Shown piece by piece: positions 31,421 to 40,522 of a stretch of DNA of 64,000 nt. Under the pieces are notes generated by a model. It had not been told where the DNA came from. It saw nothing but the letters and a program-made list of their open reading frames with translations, and ran no database searches. The first letter of the stretch is position 1. Each line of letters begins with the position of its first letter. The DNA is from Candidatus Krumholzibacteriota bacterium (GTDB lineage Bacteria; Krumholzibacteriota; Krumholzibacteriia; JAJRXK01): positions 34,554-98,553 of the forward strand of contig CAVXTH010000002.1 in NCBI GenBank assembly GCA_963764625.1. Reading direction: 5' to 3'. Position numbers and translations under genes: made by a program.

Positions 31421-31837
31421 CTAACGGCCCTTGGCGAGACCATGGGAGATCTTGTCGGGATTAATGAAGAAATTAACGAGGATCCCGACAATGCTGATGA
31501 TGATGGCCCCCAAAACTGCCGAAAGGAAATTGTCGACGTGGAATTGAATGCTGTTGAAGTGCTTAGCTATCCAGGAAGTCAGGAGCAGCAAGGCGGAATT
31601 GACTACGATGCTGAACAGTCCAAACATGAGGATCGTCAAGGGAAGCGCTATCAGGCTGATCGCCGGCTTCAAGAAGGCGTTGAGTAACCCGAGGATGGCG
31701 GCCACGATTAACGTACTCTGCCAACCAACAAGGTGAATCCCACCGACCAGCTTTGCCGCTACCCAAATGCCCAGGGCGAGGAGCAACCACCGGATGACTT
31801 GGGATACGACTTTCTCAACGGTACTTGGCCCAAACAT
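31421..31837 (-). CDS. DUF360/YvlD holin-like membrane protein
   Basis: AAILGLLNAFLKP..LPLTILMFGLFSIVVN. Confidence 0.8.
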   Translation of the reverse strand: MFGPSTVEKVVSQVIRWLLLALGIWVAAKLVGGIHLVGWQSTLIVAAILGLLNAFLKPAISLIALPLTILMFGLFSIVVNSALLLLTSWIAKHFNSIQFHVDNFLSAVLGAIIISIVGILVNFFINPDKISHGLAKGR

Positions 31838-32531
31838 GACTTATGGCCCCCTTTGTTCGCCACTTGGCGAGTGCTCCGACCATGAGACCGAGGATGATCC
31901 ACGGGGGAAGACCCATCTCATCCCGGCTCCGTGCGGCCTAAACGTCGACTTCCCCGGCAACGCTTCCAGCATGATTACTTCTCTGCTGGTCGAGTATCGC
32001 TGCAATTGGCTGCAGGACTGCCTAACTTGAACTAGGCAGTCCCGTAGAGGACCATTACGAACGATCCAATCTCGATAAGGATGCTACGCCTCACCGGGAA
32101 GCCGAGCAAGCAGGCGGTTGCCAGGGGTCTGCCAACCCGCTGCGGCCTTGATCATCGAATCCATTGCGATTCCGGCAGCTAACGGAGAATGGAACCCAGG
32201 TAGTAGGGCCAGAGTGCCAAAGCCCACACACCCTTGAGGAAGGGCAAGTGGGCAAAACCAATCGTGAAAAGCCAACCCATCATCCAGATCGGCCCCATGA
32301 TCCCCGCCACTTCCATTTTGCCCTTAATTACTCTCTTGTCATCACCCATCGAGAGTCATCTCCTTGCTCTAGAAGTAAAAGGGCGCTCCAGGTAACTGCT
32401 GTCCGTAGCTGCAGACACCCGAATTCTTCAGATGATCCAATCAGCAGCGCCCGCTTTCGTGAAATGTCAGGCAAAACTCACGCTTGCCAACTCAATAGCT
32501 CTCACAGATCCCGACAAAGCAGAAAAGTCTC

Positions 32532-32888
32532 TCAGAATCCGAATGATGCAGCTCTCCGGCAAGTCGTGTCGATGCAATAGTCCGTCTGCATTCCACAGAC
32601 GATTAGCTTGGTGATGCCATCTTCTTGAAGATCCTCATGCAAGCGAGTCCCGAGAAAGGAGTCGCAGTAATCTTTTTTGATCGTTATGTCGCCTGGCAGT
32701 TGCCGAAGGCTAGAATCAATCGAACCATCCGGTTCAACGCGGGTGTCTTGGATAAACACCACAGTTGCGTCGGATTCCCTTGCACGATCGATCAACAGTC
32801 GAATGTTGCTGAGAAGTTCGGCTTTTCCCCACGGCCCTTCATCAAGCAGGCTACGCTGAACATCGATCACAAGTAGTGCAGTTGCCAC
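32532..32888 (-). pseudogene. Isochorismatase family, C-terminally truncated
   Basis: ALLVIDVQ, GMQTDYCIDTT; stops at GF. Confidence 0.75.
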
Positions 32889-32904
32889 GTTACTTACCTA
32901 TCTG

Positions 32905-32965
32905 GCCTAACGTTCTGGTTCAGCGGCGGCGGGTGAGCGCCGTTCGCTGCAACCAATTGCTAGCC
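32905..32965 (-). repeat. attC
   Basis: gcctAAC..ggttcagcg...cgctgcaacc..gctagcc. Confidence 0.8.
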
Positions 32966-32977
32966 GGTATAAATGGG

Positions 32978-33568
32978 CTACCGAGCACGGACATATCGGC
33001 AAACCTGAGCACCGGTTGCGGCTTTGGCCGTCGACTCCAGCGTGAAAGGGATCGCCATTCCGTTTTCGGCAAAGATCGTCTTCCCCCCACCGAGGATGAT
33101 CGGCTCGATCGTGAGCAGCAACTCATCGACAAGGTCGGCGGCCAGCAAAGATCGGACCATGGTCGCACTGCCGTACACGTAGACGTAGCCCCCCGGCCGC
33201 GCGCGCAGTTCCGACACCGTCCTCAAGAAGTCGGCGCCACGAATGACCGTGGTGGGGTTCCACGTCGCGTCTTTCTCGGTGAGCGTATCGGATACCACGT
33301 ACTTCTGGACACGATTAATCCAATCGGTGAATGGATCTCCCGAGCGACTGGGCCATGCAGCGGCCGAGACCTGATAGGTGCGGCGTCCTTGCAAGAGAGC
33401 ATCACTCTGCGCAGCGAGTTCGGCATATGCGCCGCCCATGACAACCGGGTCAAAATACTTCATTGACCATCCGCCGTGACTGAAGCCGCCGTCGGTGTCC
33501 TCGCTCGCTCCCCCTGGAGCTTGTATGACACCGTCAAGGCTGATGAACTCTGTAATGAGCGTTTTCAT
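32978..33568 (-). CDS. Dihydrofolate reductase-like (RibD C-terminal) protein
   Basis: ISLDGVIQAPG, GRRTY, GSATMV, PIILGGG. Confidence 0.88.
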   Translation of the reverse strand: MKTLITEFISLDGVIQAPGGASEDTDGGFSHGGWSMKYFDPVVMGGAYAELAAQSDALLQGRRTYQVSAAAWPSRSGDPFTDWINRVQKYVVSDTLTEKDATWNPTTVIRGADFLRTVSELRARPGGYVYVYGSATMVRSLLAADLVDELLLTIEPIILGGGKTIFAENGMAIPFTLESTAKAATGAQVCRYVRAR

Positions 33569-33620
33569 GACGTCTCCTGATTCTCTGGCTGTGTGGATTC
33601 GGGTCTGCGGCTCTCATGAT

Positions 33621-33680
33621 GGCTAATCTCCGGCATCAGCGGCGGCGCGAGGCGCCGTCCGCTCGATGCTGTTGTTAGAT
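33621..33680 (-). repeat. attC
   Basis: ggctaat..gcatcagcgg...ccgctcgatgc..GTTagat. Confidence 0.75.
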
Positions 33681-33693
33681 GGCAGTGTGATCA

Positions 33694-34179
33694 CTACTGC
33701 TCTTTCTTGCCCAGCTGGCGCTGCAGACTGAGCATGTCTGGGTAGACCCACTGCTCAATGATCTTACCGTTACTCAGCCGAAATATGGCGACCTCAGAGA
33801 TATCCACCTGGTTTCCCGTCGCCAGGTTGCCGATGAACTCCCCCAAGTTGGTTCCGCGTGATCGGAATCGCACTACGACGCGGTCGCGCTCGGCTATCGT
33901 GTCCTTGATTTCCTCCGTCCAGTCTGGGAATGACGTGCGATGGGCTTTCACCGTATTCACCAGGGCCTGTCGCCCGTACAACGTTTGTCCTGGAAAGTGG
34001 CCGACAAAGTCTTCTGCAAACAAATCGTCAATCAAGTCGACGTTGCCTTTGCTCCAGATTTCGGAAAACACCATGTGGATCAGCTTGATATTCCTGACTT
34101 TGACGGAATTATCCGAAGGTCCACAAGCTATCAGCGTGATGACCACTGCCACTGGAAGCAAGGGCACGATTCGCTTCAA
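33694..34179 (-). CDS. SnoaL-like ester cyclase lipoprotein
   Basis: TTG start with AGGAGG RBS; LIAC lipobox; SFPDW, GKIIEQW. Confidence 0.8.
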   Translation of the reverse strand: MKRIVPLLPVAVVITLIACGPSDNSVKVRNIKLIHMVFSEIWSKGNVDLIDDLFAEDFVGHFPGQTLYGRQALVNTVKAHRTSFPDWTEEIKDTIAERDRVVVRFRSRGTNLGEFIGNLATGNQVDISEVAIFRLSNGKIIEQWVYPDMLSLQRQLGKKEQ

Positions 34180-34194
34180 ATACTGCCTCCTTTC

Positions 34195-34231
34195 GTCTAA
34201 CGTTGGCTTCACCTGCAAGCGCTTGTTGGGC
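34195..34231 (-). repeat. Collapsed 37-bp attC
   Basis: gtctAACgttggcttcacctgcaagcgcttGTTgggc: both cores present, interior lost. Confidence 0.65.
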
Positions 34232-34289
34232 GGCTACCGCGAGGCCGTCGTGGAGTTTCTCTTGCTTGCCAAACGCATGGTTCATCAGA

Positions 34290-35106
34290 TCAAGCACGTA
34301 CCCCGCCAACCGCGACATGTGCATACATCGGAAAGCTCAATAATGTGCCATTCCTGAATGCTTGAAGCGTCGGTTCAATCTCTTTTCGTATGGCCTCAAC
34401 CATTGTCGTCCTCGCCGGCTCGTTGAGCTGGGCAAAGGCTGGAACCGCGGCCGCGGAGTTCATGACGGCAAAAGGTACAAATTTCTCTGCATTTGGAAAT
34501 CTAACCACAGTCGATTCCGCACGTATCTCCACGTCAGCAAATCCTACTGCCGTAAACAGGGTCCGCAGTTCCTCGGTGTCGCACAAGGCAAATGGAACCT
34601 GAACGACGGATATCGGCACCGCGAGGTGGCGCGCCACTGATTCCATCAGAGCTTGAAATACGACGTGGCGCTCGAGCCCTTGCAATACCATCGCCAGCAC
34701 TCGCCCTCCAGGCTTGAGAACTCGATACATCTCGTGCGCTACCGCTGGCAGATCAGGAAAAAACGGCAAGGCATGCTGGCATAGCACAACTTTAAAATCA
34801 CCATCGGCGAAAGGCAATGCAATGGCGTCCCCAACGTGCCAGGTAATGCCCGCCCCATGCGGTTCGGGGAGCGAGCTCGCCACCCCAATCATGCTGGTGT
34901 TCATGTCGATTGCAGCAACATGACCGAGCAATCCAGCCAGGGGCGCTGCTAAGCGTGCAACTACGCCCGTCCCGCATGCCACGTCAAGTACTCGTTCCCG
35001 GATTGAATCGCTGCATGGCGGAGAAGAATCGCGGCCCACGGTTGAAACATTGCAGGGACAAAATAGTCCTCATACATTTCAGCCGGATTCGGCGGGGTTG
35101 GTTCAT
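34290..35106 (-). CDS. UbiE-like SAM methyltransferase, frameshift near 35000
   Basis: YEDYFVPAMFQPWA in one frame; VLDVACGTG, LPFAD, RVLKPGG in the next. Confidence 0.8.
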
Positions 35107-35130
35107 TTAGGCTCTCCAGTATTCAATGCG

Positions 35131-35189
35131 CGGCTTGTTCGTCAGCACAGGGTGTGACAGACAGATGCAGGTGCAAGCGCTTGTTGGGT
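35131..35189 (-). repeat. Half attC
   Basis: gcaggtgcaagcgcttGTTgggt. Confidence 0.55.
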
Positions 35190-35212
35190 GGCCCATTGTG
35201 AACTCTTTGGTT

Positions 35213-35740
35213 TCACTGTTCTTCCCCTCGTACCTGCTCCGAATCCTCAGTGTTCCATGGATTGCTGGTGTGGCGCTTAGGGTCGGTGACCGCGAATACG
35301 ATTTCATTTCCGTCGGGATCGCGGACAATGAACATGTCCATCCAGCCAGTCACCATGATATCTCCCGGCACACCTCCCCAGGCGAGTACGCGGGAACGGT
35401 GGGCTTGCAAGTCCTCGACCCGAAAATACAGGCGCTCCTGCCCGATCTTGGTCTCCTGCCCTGTTGATGTTGGTTCGTGCAAGCCGAACTTGACACCCGC
35501 TGCAGCCATTTCCGCATAGTACGGCTGCCCTGCCGAGTTGGCAAAGCCCTTGAAAGTGAACCCCAGTACGTCGCGATAGAAGGGCGCGCTCTTTTCAACA
35601 TCACTCACAAAAAGCACAGGCTTGATCTCGCCAGTGAATTTCCCATGAACATTTCGTGGATGCTGTTGCGCTCGGCCCGGCGCCCCCAGCGCCATCAAAA
35701 GTGTCAAAAGTGCAAGAACGCTTGTGTTTCTTCGCGCCAT
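35213..35740 (-). CDS. Secreted VOC/glyoxalase family protein
   Basis: FYRDVLGF, LYFRVED, RDPDGN. Confidence 0.85.
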   Translation of the reverse strand: MARRNTSVLALLTLLMALGAPGRAQQHPRNVHGKFTGEIKPVLFVSDVEKSAPFYRDVLGFTFKGFANSAGQPYYAEMAAAGVKFGLHEPTSTGQETKIGQERLYFRVEDLQAHRSRVLAWGGVPGDIMVTGWMDMFIVRDPDGNEIVFAVTDPKRHTSNPWNTEDSEQVRGEEQ

Positions 35741-35779
35741 GGCTCCCTCCTTCTATCGTACGCTCGCGGCCCCTCGCCC

Positions 35780-35837
35780 ACCCCACGCCAGCGCTCACCT
35801 GTGGCTGGAAGCCGTCAGGTGCAGCACTTGGTTATGC
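35780..35837 (-). repeat. attC of SET cassette copy 1 (core AAC to CAC)
   Basis: Otherwise identical to 38681-38738. Confidence 0.75.
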
Positions 35838-36338
35838 GCTTTCGGCAACGAATCGGTCCTGGATGTAACGCGAGAAGTAGCCAGCATAGCGCTGTTGCAG
35901 CTCTAGTAGGCGCCAGTCATCCCCCGTGATAATTTTTCGGCACTCCGGTGCGCCGCAGACGCAGGCCATGCGCTCATCTGGATTCCCGTCGATCATGGCG
36001 TAGTCGATCGTCAACTCGGCACCCGCTGGAATATCCCCCATGGCGACGAACGTGATCTGCCCCCGCACCCCGACGTTCGGGTGGCAGGAGTGGTTGAGGC
36101 ACAGGATGTTGACTTCAACCTCCTCGACGCTGGCTGGCACGATATAGAGACTATCCTCGATCTGAATCTCTGCAGGCGACACCGCCTCGCGGACCTGCGC
36201 AAAAGCGGCAGTGTCCATGATGGTTCCCCCCTTGACGGCGACGATTTCGCCCGAAGAGATCGCCTCACGCGCGAAGAGCCCACGACCTTGGATGGGACTG
36301 ACACGTTTCCCGGTTTTGGGATTGAACCAACTACTCAT
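35832..36338 (-). CDS. SET domain protein with post-SET motif, copy 1
   Basis: GRGLFA, NHSCHPN, ELTIDY, CVCGAPECR. Confidence 0.9.
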   Translation of the reverse strand: MSSWFNPKTGKRVSPIQGRGLFAREAISSGEIVAVKGGTIMDTAAFAQVREAVSPAEIQIEDSLYIVPASVEEVEVNILCLNHSCHPNVGVRGQITFVAMGDIPAGAELTIDYAMIDGNPDERMACVCGAPECRKIITGDDWRLLELQQRYAGYFSRYIQDRFVAESA

Positions 36339-36366
36339 CGCCAGATCTCCAAGCAAGCGTATATGC

Positions 36367-36432
36367 GCATAACGTCCTGCCGATAAGCTCCGGGCGCCGA
36401 AGGCGACCGTCAGCTTCATTGGCTGGTTAGGC
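36367..36432 (-). repeat. attC
   Basis: gcatAAC..gataagct...agcttcatt..GTTaggc; family of 52827. Confidence 0.85.
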
Positions 36433-36464
36433 GGCGCCCGTCGGCCACCAGTTTCGATCAGATC

Positions 36465-36662
36465 CTACTCACCCTTGTTCGGTCGACTTCGCGCTAATGG
36501 AACGACAATTCCAACAACGAATGCCAGATCAAACGCAGCCTCCCAGTCGACCGCTCCAGAGCCGTGAGCGATGAGGTTGTATAGGTAGGTGACCACTACT
36601 GCAACAACGAACGTCACAGGGATGGTAATCGCCAGATCCTTCAGAAACTGCTTCGTGTTCAT
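36465..36662 (-). CDS. Small two-TM membrane protein cassette
   Basis: GGAGG RBS; between two attC sites. Confidence 0.7.
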   Translation of the reverse strand: MNTKQFLKDLAITIPVTFVVAVVVTYLYNLIAHGSGAVDWEAAFDLAFVVGIVVPLARSRPNKGE

Positions 36663-36716
36663 ATTTGCGCCTCCTTCTCTTGAGGTGAGGTGGGCAAAAC
36701 ACCGACGCTCCCAGCC

Positions 36717-36815
36717 GGCTAACGTTGTGCGTAACCTGCGGGGCGGTCTGGCGCGGACCGTGCGCAAGCACGGGCCGTGACAGGCCGGACCGTCAGGTTC
36801 ACGCACTTGTTAGGC
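36717..36815 (-). repeat. attC
   Basis: ggctAAC..gtgcgtaacctg...caggttcacgcac..GTTaggc. Confidence 0.9.
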
Positions 36816-36977
36816 AACGCTGCACCTCACATTAGAGCGAACAACCGTTCAGTCCTTGAGCGCAGCACTCGCGCCAACGAAACTTGGCACAACCACACGG
36901 GGCAGCCACAAGATATTCGAACTGAGCAGAGGCGATGCACAAGAAACAACCAGTGCCTTACGCTCAACGTCGCCTTC

Positions 36978-37343
36978 CTAGTCCTTGAAAGGAACGATCT
37001 GAACGGTTCCCTCCGGAAACTCGACAGTCAAATTAATAAGTTTACCATCTGCCGCCTCAATATACTGCGTGAGCGTACTCATGAGTAGATCACTACGTTT
37101 TTCTATCTGAGAAACCGCCGACTGCGATCGACCAAGCCGAGTGGCCATTTCTTCCTGTGAAATCTGCCGCGATTCGCGTACCTCTCGCAAGCGGGGGCCA
37201 GTAATGAGGTCTTCTCGGCCGTCAACGGATCGCTCGCGCCACCCCGAATCGACCTTGTCTCGCAGTTCACCCAGCAGGCTCGCGCCTTGTTTGATTGCAT
37301 CCTTCTCTATAGGCGAAATTTTGTCCCAAATTCTCTTAGCCAT
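36978..37343 (-). CDS. XRE-family HTH regulator/antitoxin
   Basis: LREVRESRQISQEEMATRLGRSQSAVSQIEKRSDLLMSTL; GAGGAG RBS. Confidence 0.85.
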   Translation of the reverse strand: MAKRIWDKISPIEKDAIKQGASLLGELRDKVDSGWRERSVDGREDLITGPRLREVRESRQISQEEMATRLGRSQSAVSQIEKRSDLLMSTLTQYIEAADGKLINLTVEFPEGTVQIVPFKD

Positions 37344-37420
37344 GATTGCTCCTCGGCATTTGTTCCAGTATCCCTCCAAGGGTACGATTCTGCCGGCCAT
37401 CGAGTGGCCGTTCAGAACAA

Positions 37421-37449
37421 AACATAATGCCTGGCTTATATTATGTCAA
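37421..37449 (-). promoter_or_regulatory. Sigma70 promoter with overlapping operator palindrome
   Basis: TTGACA-17-TATGTT on minus strand; inverted repeat ACATAAT-N11-ATTATGT. Confidence 0.75.
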
Positions 37450-37519
37450 GCTTATATTCGATTGTGGCCCAATGATCGCGAAATCCGCCGCACTTGCGGT
37501 AGGCCGTCAAGATTCGATT

Positions 37520-37652
37520 GCCTAACGGCCAGGACATAAGTTGCGAGCGCCACCTTGACATGCGGCCGGAGGCTTAGGCGCCATCCGATCTTGCCAAGCG
37601 TTCAATCATTCAGCCACCCACGGCGCTCGTCAACTTCATGGTTTTGTTAGGC
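37520..37652 (-). repeat. attC
   Basis: gcctAAC..cataagttgcgagcgcc...ggcgctcgtcaacttcatg..GTTaggc. Confidence 0.88.
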
Positions 37653-37881
37653 CGCGCCACGCGCGACACTGCAGCACGAGACGATAGGCCAGTCAGACCC
37701 CAAGGAGGATCAGCGTTCTGGCTGACGCTCGCAAAGCCGGCCCCGGGCGCTGATGATTCGATAGACTCGCCTGGCTTGCGTTCGGACCGAGTCAGGAGCC
37801 GAGGGAAGGGCGTAGCTCGCATCGCCCGCCGAAACAATTCGCGCTCGGCCGCCGTCTTGGAGTTCGTCACGGGCTTGGTGT

Positions 37882-38643
37882 TCAGACCTGCTCGGTGGGA
37901 CGTACGAGCAGCTCGGCGACGGCCACGTGCCGGGGGCGGGTGACAATGTAGCCGACGGTGTCGGCGATGTCCTGGCTCTGCAGCCGTTCGATGTTGCCCA
38001 GGGCGGCGGCGATATGCTGCTGGACGGCGGCCGGGTTGTGCGTGCGCAGTTCGGTGTCGACGCTGCCCGGCTCAATGACCGAGACGCGAACGTGCTGGCG
38101 TGCCAGTTCTTGGCGTAGCGACTCGCTGAACGCGCCAACGCCGAACTTGGTGGCGCAGTAGACGGCGGACATGGCGAAGGCACCGCGGCCGGCGAGTGAG
38201 CCTATGTTGACGATATCCGCGACCTGCCGCGGCTCGGCGGCGGCTGCCTTGACCAAATGGGGAATGGCCGCGTGGGTGCTGTACATCAGGCCCATGAGGT
38301 TGATATCGATCATGCGCCGCCAATCGTTCAGGTCCGCGCCGGGGGCCGGCCCAAGCAGCATGAGGCCAGCGTTGTTGACCAAGGTGTCCAGGCGGCCCAG
38401 GTCCTCGACGGTCCGTTCAATCGCTTCCGCAGCGGTCTCTGAGTCGGTGATGTCGGCGGGCACAACTAGGGCCTTTCCACCGGCTCTGGAGATTTCCTCG
38501 GCGAGGTCGCTGAGCCGGTCCTCGCGCCGGCCGACGAGGGCCACGGAGGCGCCCTCGCGGGCAAGCTCCAGCGCGGTGACGCGGCCGATGCCGCTAGAGG
38601 CTCCAGTGATCAGGGCAACGGTTCCTTCAAGACGACGAGTCAT
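37882..38643 (-). CDS. Short-chain dehydrogenase/reductase
   Basis: TGASSGIG, NNAG, YCATK. Confidence 0.93.
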   Translation of the reverse strand: MTRRLEGTVALITGASSGIGRVTALELAREGASVALVGRREDRLSDLAEEISRAGGKALVVPADITDSETAAEAIERTVEDLGRLDTLVNNAGLMLLGPAPGADLNDWRRMIDINLMGLMYSTHAAIPHLVKAAAAEPRQVADIVNIGSLAGRGAFAMSAVYCATKFGVGAFSESLRQELARQHVRVSVIEPGSVDTELRTHNPAAVQQHIAAALGNIERLQSQDIADTVGYIVTRPRHVAVAELLVRPTEQV

Positions 38644-38680
38644 GGGTTCAAGCCTTTCGATGATCGGCCACGTCGCCGCG

Positions 38681-38738
38681 GCCTAACGCCAGCGCTCACC
38701 TGTGGCTGGAAGCCGTCAGGTGCAGCACTTGGTTATGC
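38681..38738 (-). repeat. attC
   Basis: gcctAAC..gctcacctg...caggtgcagc..GTTatgc. Confidence 0.88.
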
Positions 38739-39239
38739 GCTTTCGGCAACGAATCGGTCCTGGATGTAACGCGAGAAGTAGCCAGCATAGCGCTGTTGCA
38801 GCTCTAGTAGGCGCCAGTCATCCCTCGTGATAATTTTTCGGCACTCCGGTGCGCCGCAGACGCAGGCCATGCGCTCATCTGGATTCCCGTCGATCATGGC
38901 GTAGTCGATCGTCAACTCGGCACCCGCTGGAATATCCCCCATGGCGACGAACGTGATCTGCCCCCGCACCCCGACGTTCGGGTGGCAGGAGTGGTTGAGA
39001 CACAGGATGTTGACTTCAACCTCCTCGACGCTGGCTGGCACGATATAGAGACTATCCTCGATCTGAATCTCTGCAGGCGACACCGCCTCGCGGACCTGCG
39101 CAAAAGCGGCAGTGTCCATGATGGTTCCCCCCTTGACGGCGACGATTTCGCCCGAAGAGATCGCCTCACGCGCGAAGAGCCCACGACCTTGGATGGGACT
39201 GACACGTTTCCCGGTTTTGGGATTGAACCAACTACTCAT
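38733..39239 (-). CDS. SET domain protein, copy 2
   Basis: Near-identical to 35832-36338. Confidence 0.9.
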   Translation of the reverse strand: MSSWFNPKTGKRVSPIQGRGLFAREAISSGEIVAVKGGTIMDTAAFAQVREAVSPAEIQIEDSLYIVPASVEEVEVNILCLNHSCHPNVGVRGQITFVAMGDIPAGAELTIDYAMIDGNPDERMACVCGAPECRKIITRDDWRLLELQQRYAGYFSRYIQDRFVAESA

Positions 39240-39267
39240 CGCCAGATCTCCAAGCAAGCGTATATGC

Positions 39268-39366
39268 GCATAACGTTGTGCGTAACCTGCGGGGCGGTCT
39301 GGCGCGGACCGTGCGCAAGCACGGGCCGTGACAGGCCGGACCGTCAGGTTCACGCACTTGTTAGCT
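39268..39366 (-). repeat. attC
   Basis: Interior identical to 36717-36815. Confidence 0.9.
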
Positions 39367-39373
39367 GGCCAGC

Positions 39374-39814
39374 TCAACGAAGGCATGGGTCGGCCCCCGC
39401 TGGATCGAAGCCAGCATCCCTGATCTCCAAGACAAGGTCGTACTCGCACTCGGGCACATAGGTTTTCCCGACTGCCAGCGTGTCGCCGGGCGTCGCCTCC
39501 CGGAGCCGTTGCTCGATCAACCCAGCCAAACGTCTCAAATCGTCGAGGCTGCCGTGGATGGCGTTGCCACTGATGCCTGCATCGTGCCACGTCATGACTT
39601 TGAGGTACATGTACGGCCCATAATGCTCATGCTCGCTGAGGCCTGCGTTACGGGGTTCGCGGCAGTAGGCCTGAAGCAATTCGACGAAAGCGCGTAATCC
39701 AGCGATGGAACCGACGATACGCCACGTTCGAGCGGCGTCGTCTCGGTCGTAGAAGAAACCAAGCGCCTGCCATTCTCTTCGCGTGGCGGAATTCGTGGCA
39801 TCGGACGGCGTCAT
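39374..39814 (-). CDS. Hypothetical protein cassette
   Basis: ORF fills the space between two attC sites. Confidence 0.75.
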   Translation of the reverse strand: MTPSDATNSATRREWQALGFFYDRDDAARTWRIVGSIAGLRAFVELLQAYCREPRNAGLSEHEHYGPYMYLKVMTWHDAGISGNAIHGSLDDLRRLAGLIEQRLREATPGDTLAVGKTYVPECEYDLVLEIRDAGFDPAGADPCLR

Positions 39815-39834
39815 CGTCGGGTTTCTCTTTGTCC

Positions 39835-39933
39835 AGCTAACGCTGTGGATAACCTGCGAGCCGACCTGGCGCGGACCGTGCGCAAGCACGGGCCGTGACC
39901 GGTTGGATCGTCAGGTTCATCCGCTTGTTAGAC
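39835..39933 (-). repeat. attC
   Basis: agctAAC..ggataacctg...caggttcatcc..GTTagac; family of 36717. Confidence 0.9.
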
Positions 39934-39934
39934 G

Positions 39935-40390
39935 TCACGGCTGCGCACCCCATGAACCGTTGCGAGCGGACGACCCGGGAAGAAACAGAACAACGACCAC
40001 GTTCAACAATGGTACCAGCACGACCACCAACCTGAGCGCGGAAACCGAATACTCCGGCTTGAACACAAAGTACCCAAGGCACACCAGATTTAGGACAACC
40101 GCGGATCCCGAGGCCACCGCGGTGAGTCCGACGCGAATCGCTTTCACATTCAACAGGGGCGTCGCTGCGCAGATTGCGAGGATGACCACAACGTTTACAT
40201 ACGCCCGCCACGGTGCCGAGCCGAGACCTACCAGCACGCCCGTCGCGACAAGGAAGCAGCCCACGTAGAGCAGGTTGCCCCAAAGGGCACCGAGGCGTAG
40301 CGCACGCCATAGATGGTTGTGCAAGCCAGGCAGACGACCGGCCCCAAACATTTCACCCAGTGCTGCCGATTGTTCTTGGTCCTTCACCAT
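39935..40390 (-). CDS. Membrane protein cassette
   Basis: Four hydrophobic segments; between attC sites. Confidence 0.65.
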   Translation of the reverse strand: MVKDQEQSAALGEMFGAGRLPGLHNHLWRALRLGALWGNLLYVGCFLVATGVLVGLGSAPWRAYVNVVVILAICAATPLLNVKAIRVGLTAVASGSAVVLNLVCLGYFVFKPEYSVSALRLVVVLVPLLNVVVVLFLPGSSARNGSWGAQP

Positions 40391-40426
40391 GCGGCTCCCA
40401 GATCACTTCTCCACTCGATCGTGAAC

Positions 40427-40486
40427 GCCTAACGTTCAGCATCAGCGGCAGCGCGCAGGGCTGTCCGCTGTATGCTGTTGTTAGCC
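40427..40486 (-). repeat. attC
   Basis: gcctAAC..cagcatcagcgg...ccgctgtatgctg..GTTagcc. Confidence 0.9.
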
Positions 40487-40522
40487 ACCGCCGTCCGGCC
40501 GCCGCGATGAACTAGGCCGAGG

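Noticed and set aside
31421-31837. Prophage inferred from a holin-like gene
   Set aside because: DUF360-type membrane proteins are common in chromosomes; no other phage genes present
37421-37451. dif (XerCD) site
   Set aside because: TTATGTCAAG resembles the XerD arm but spacing is wrong; better explained as promoter plus operator
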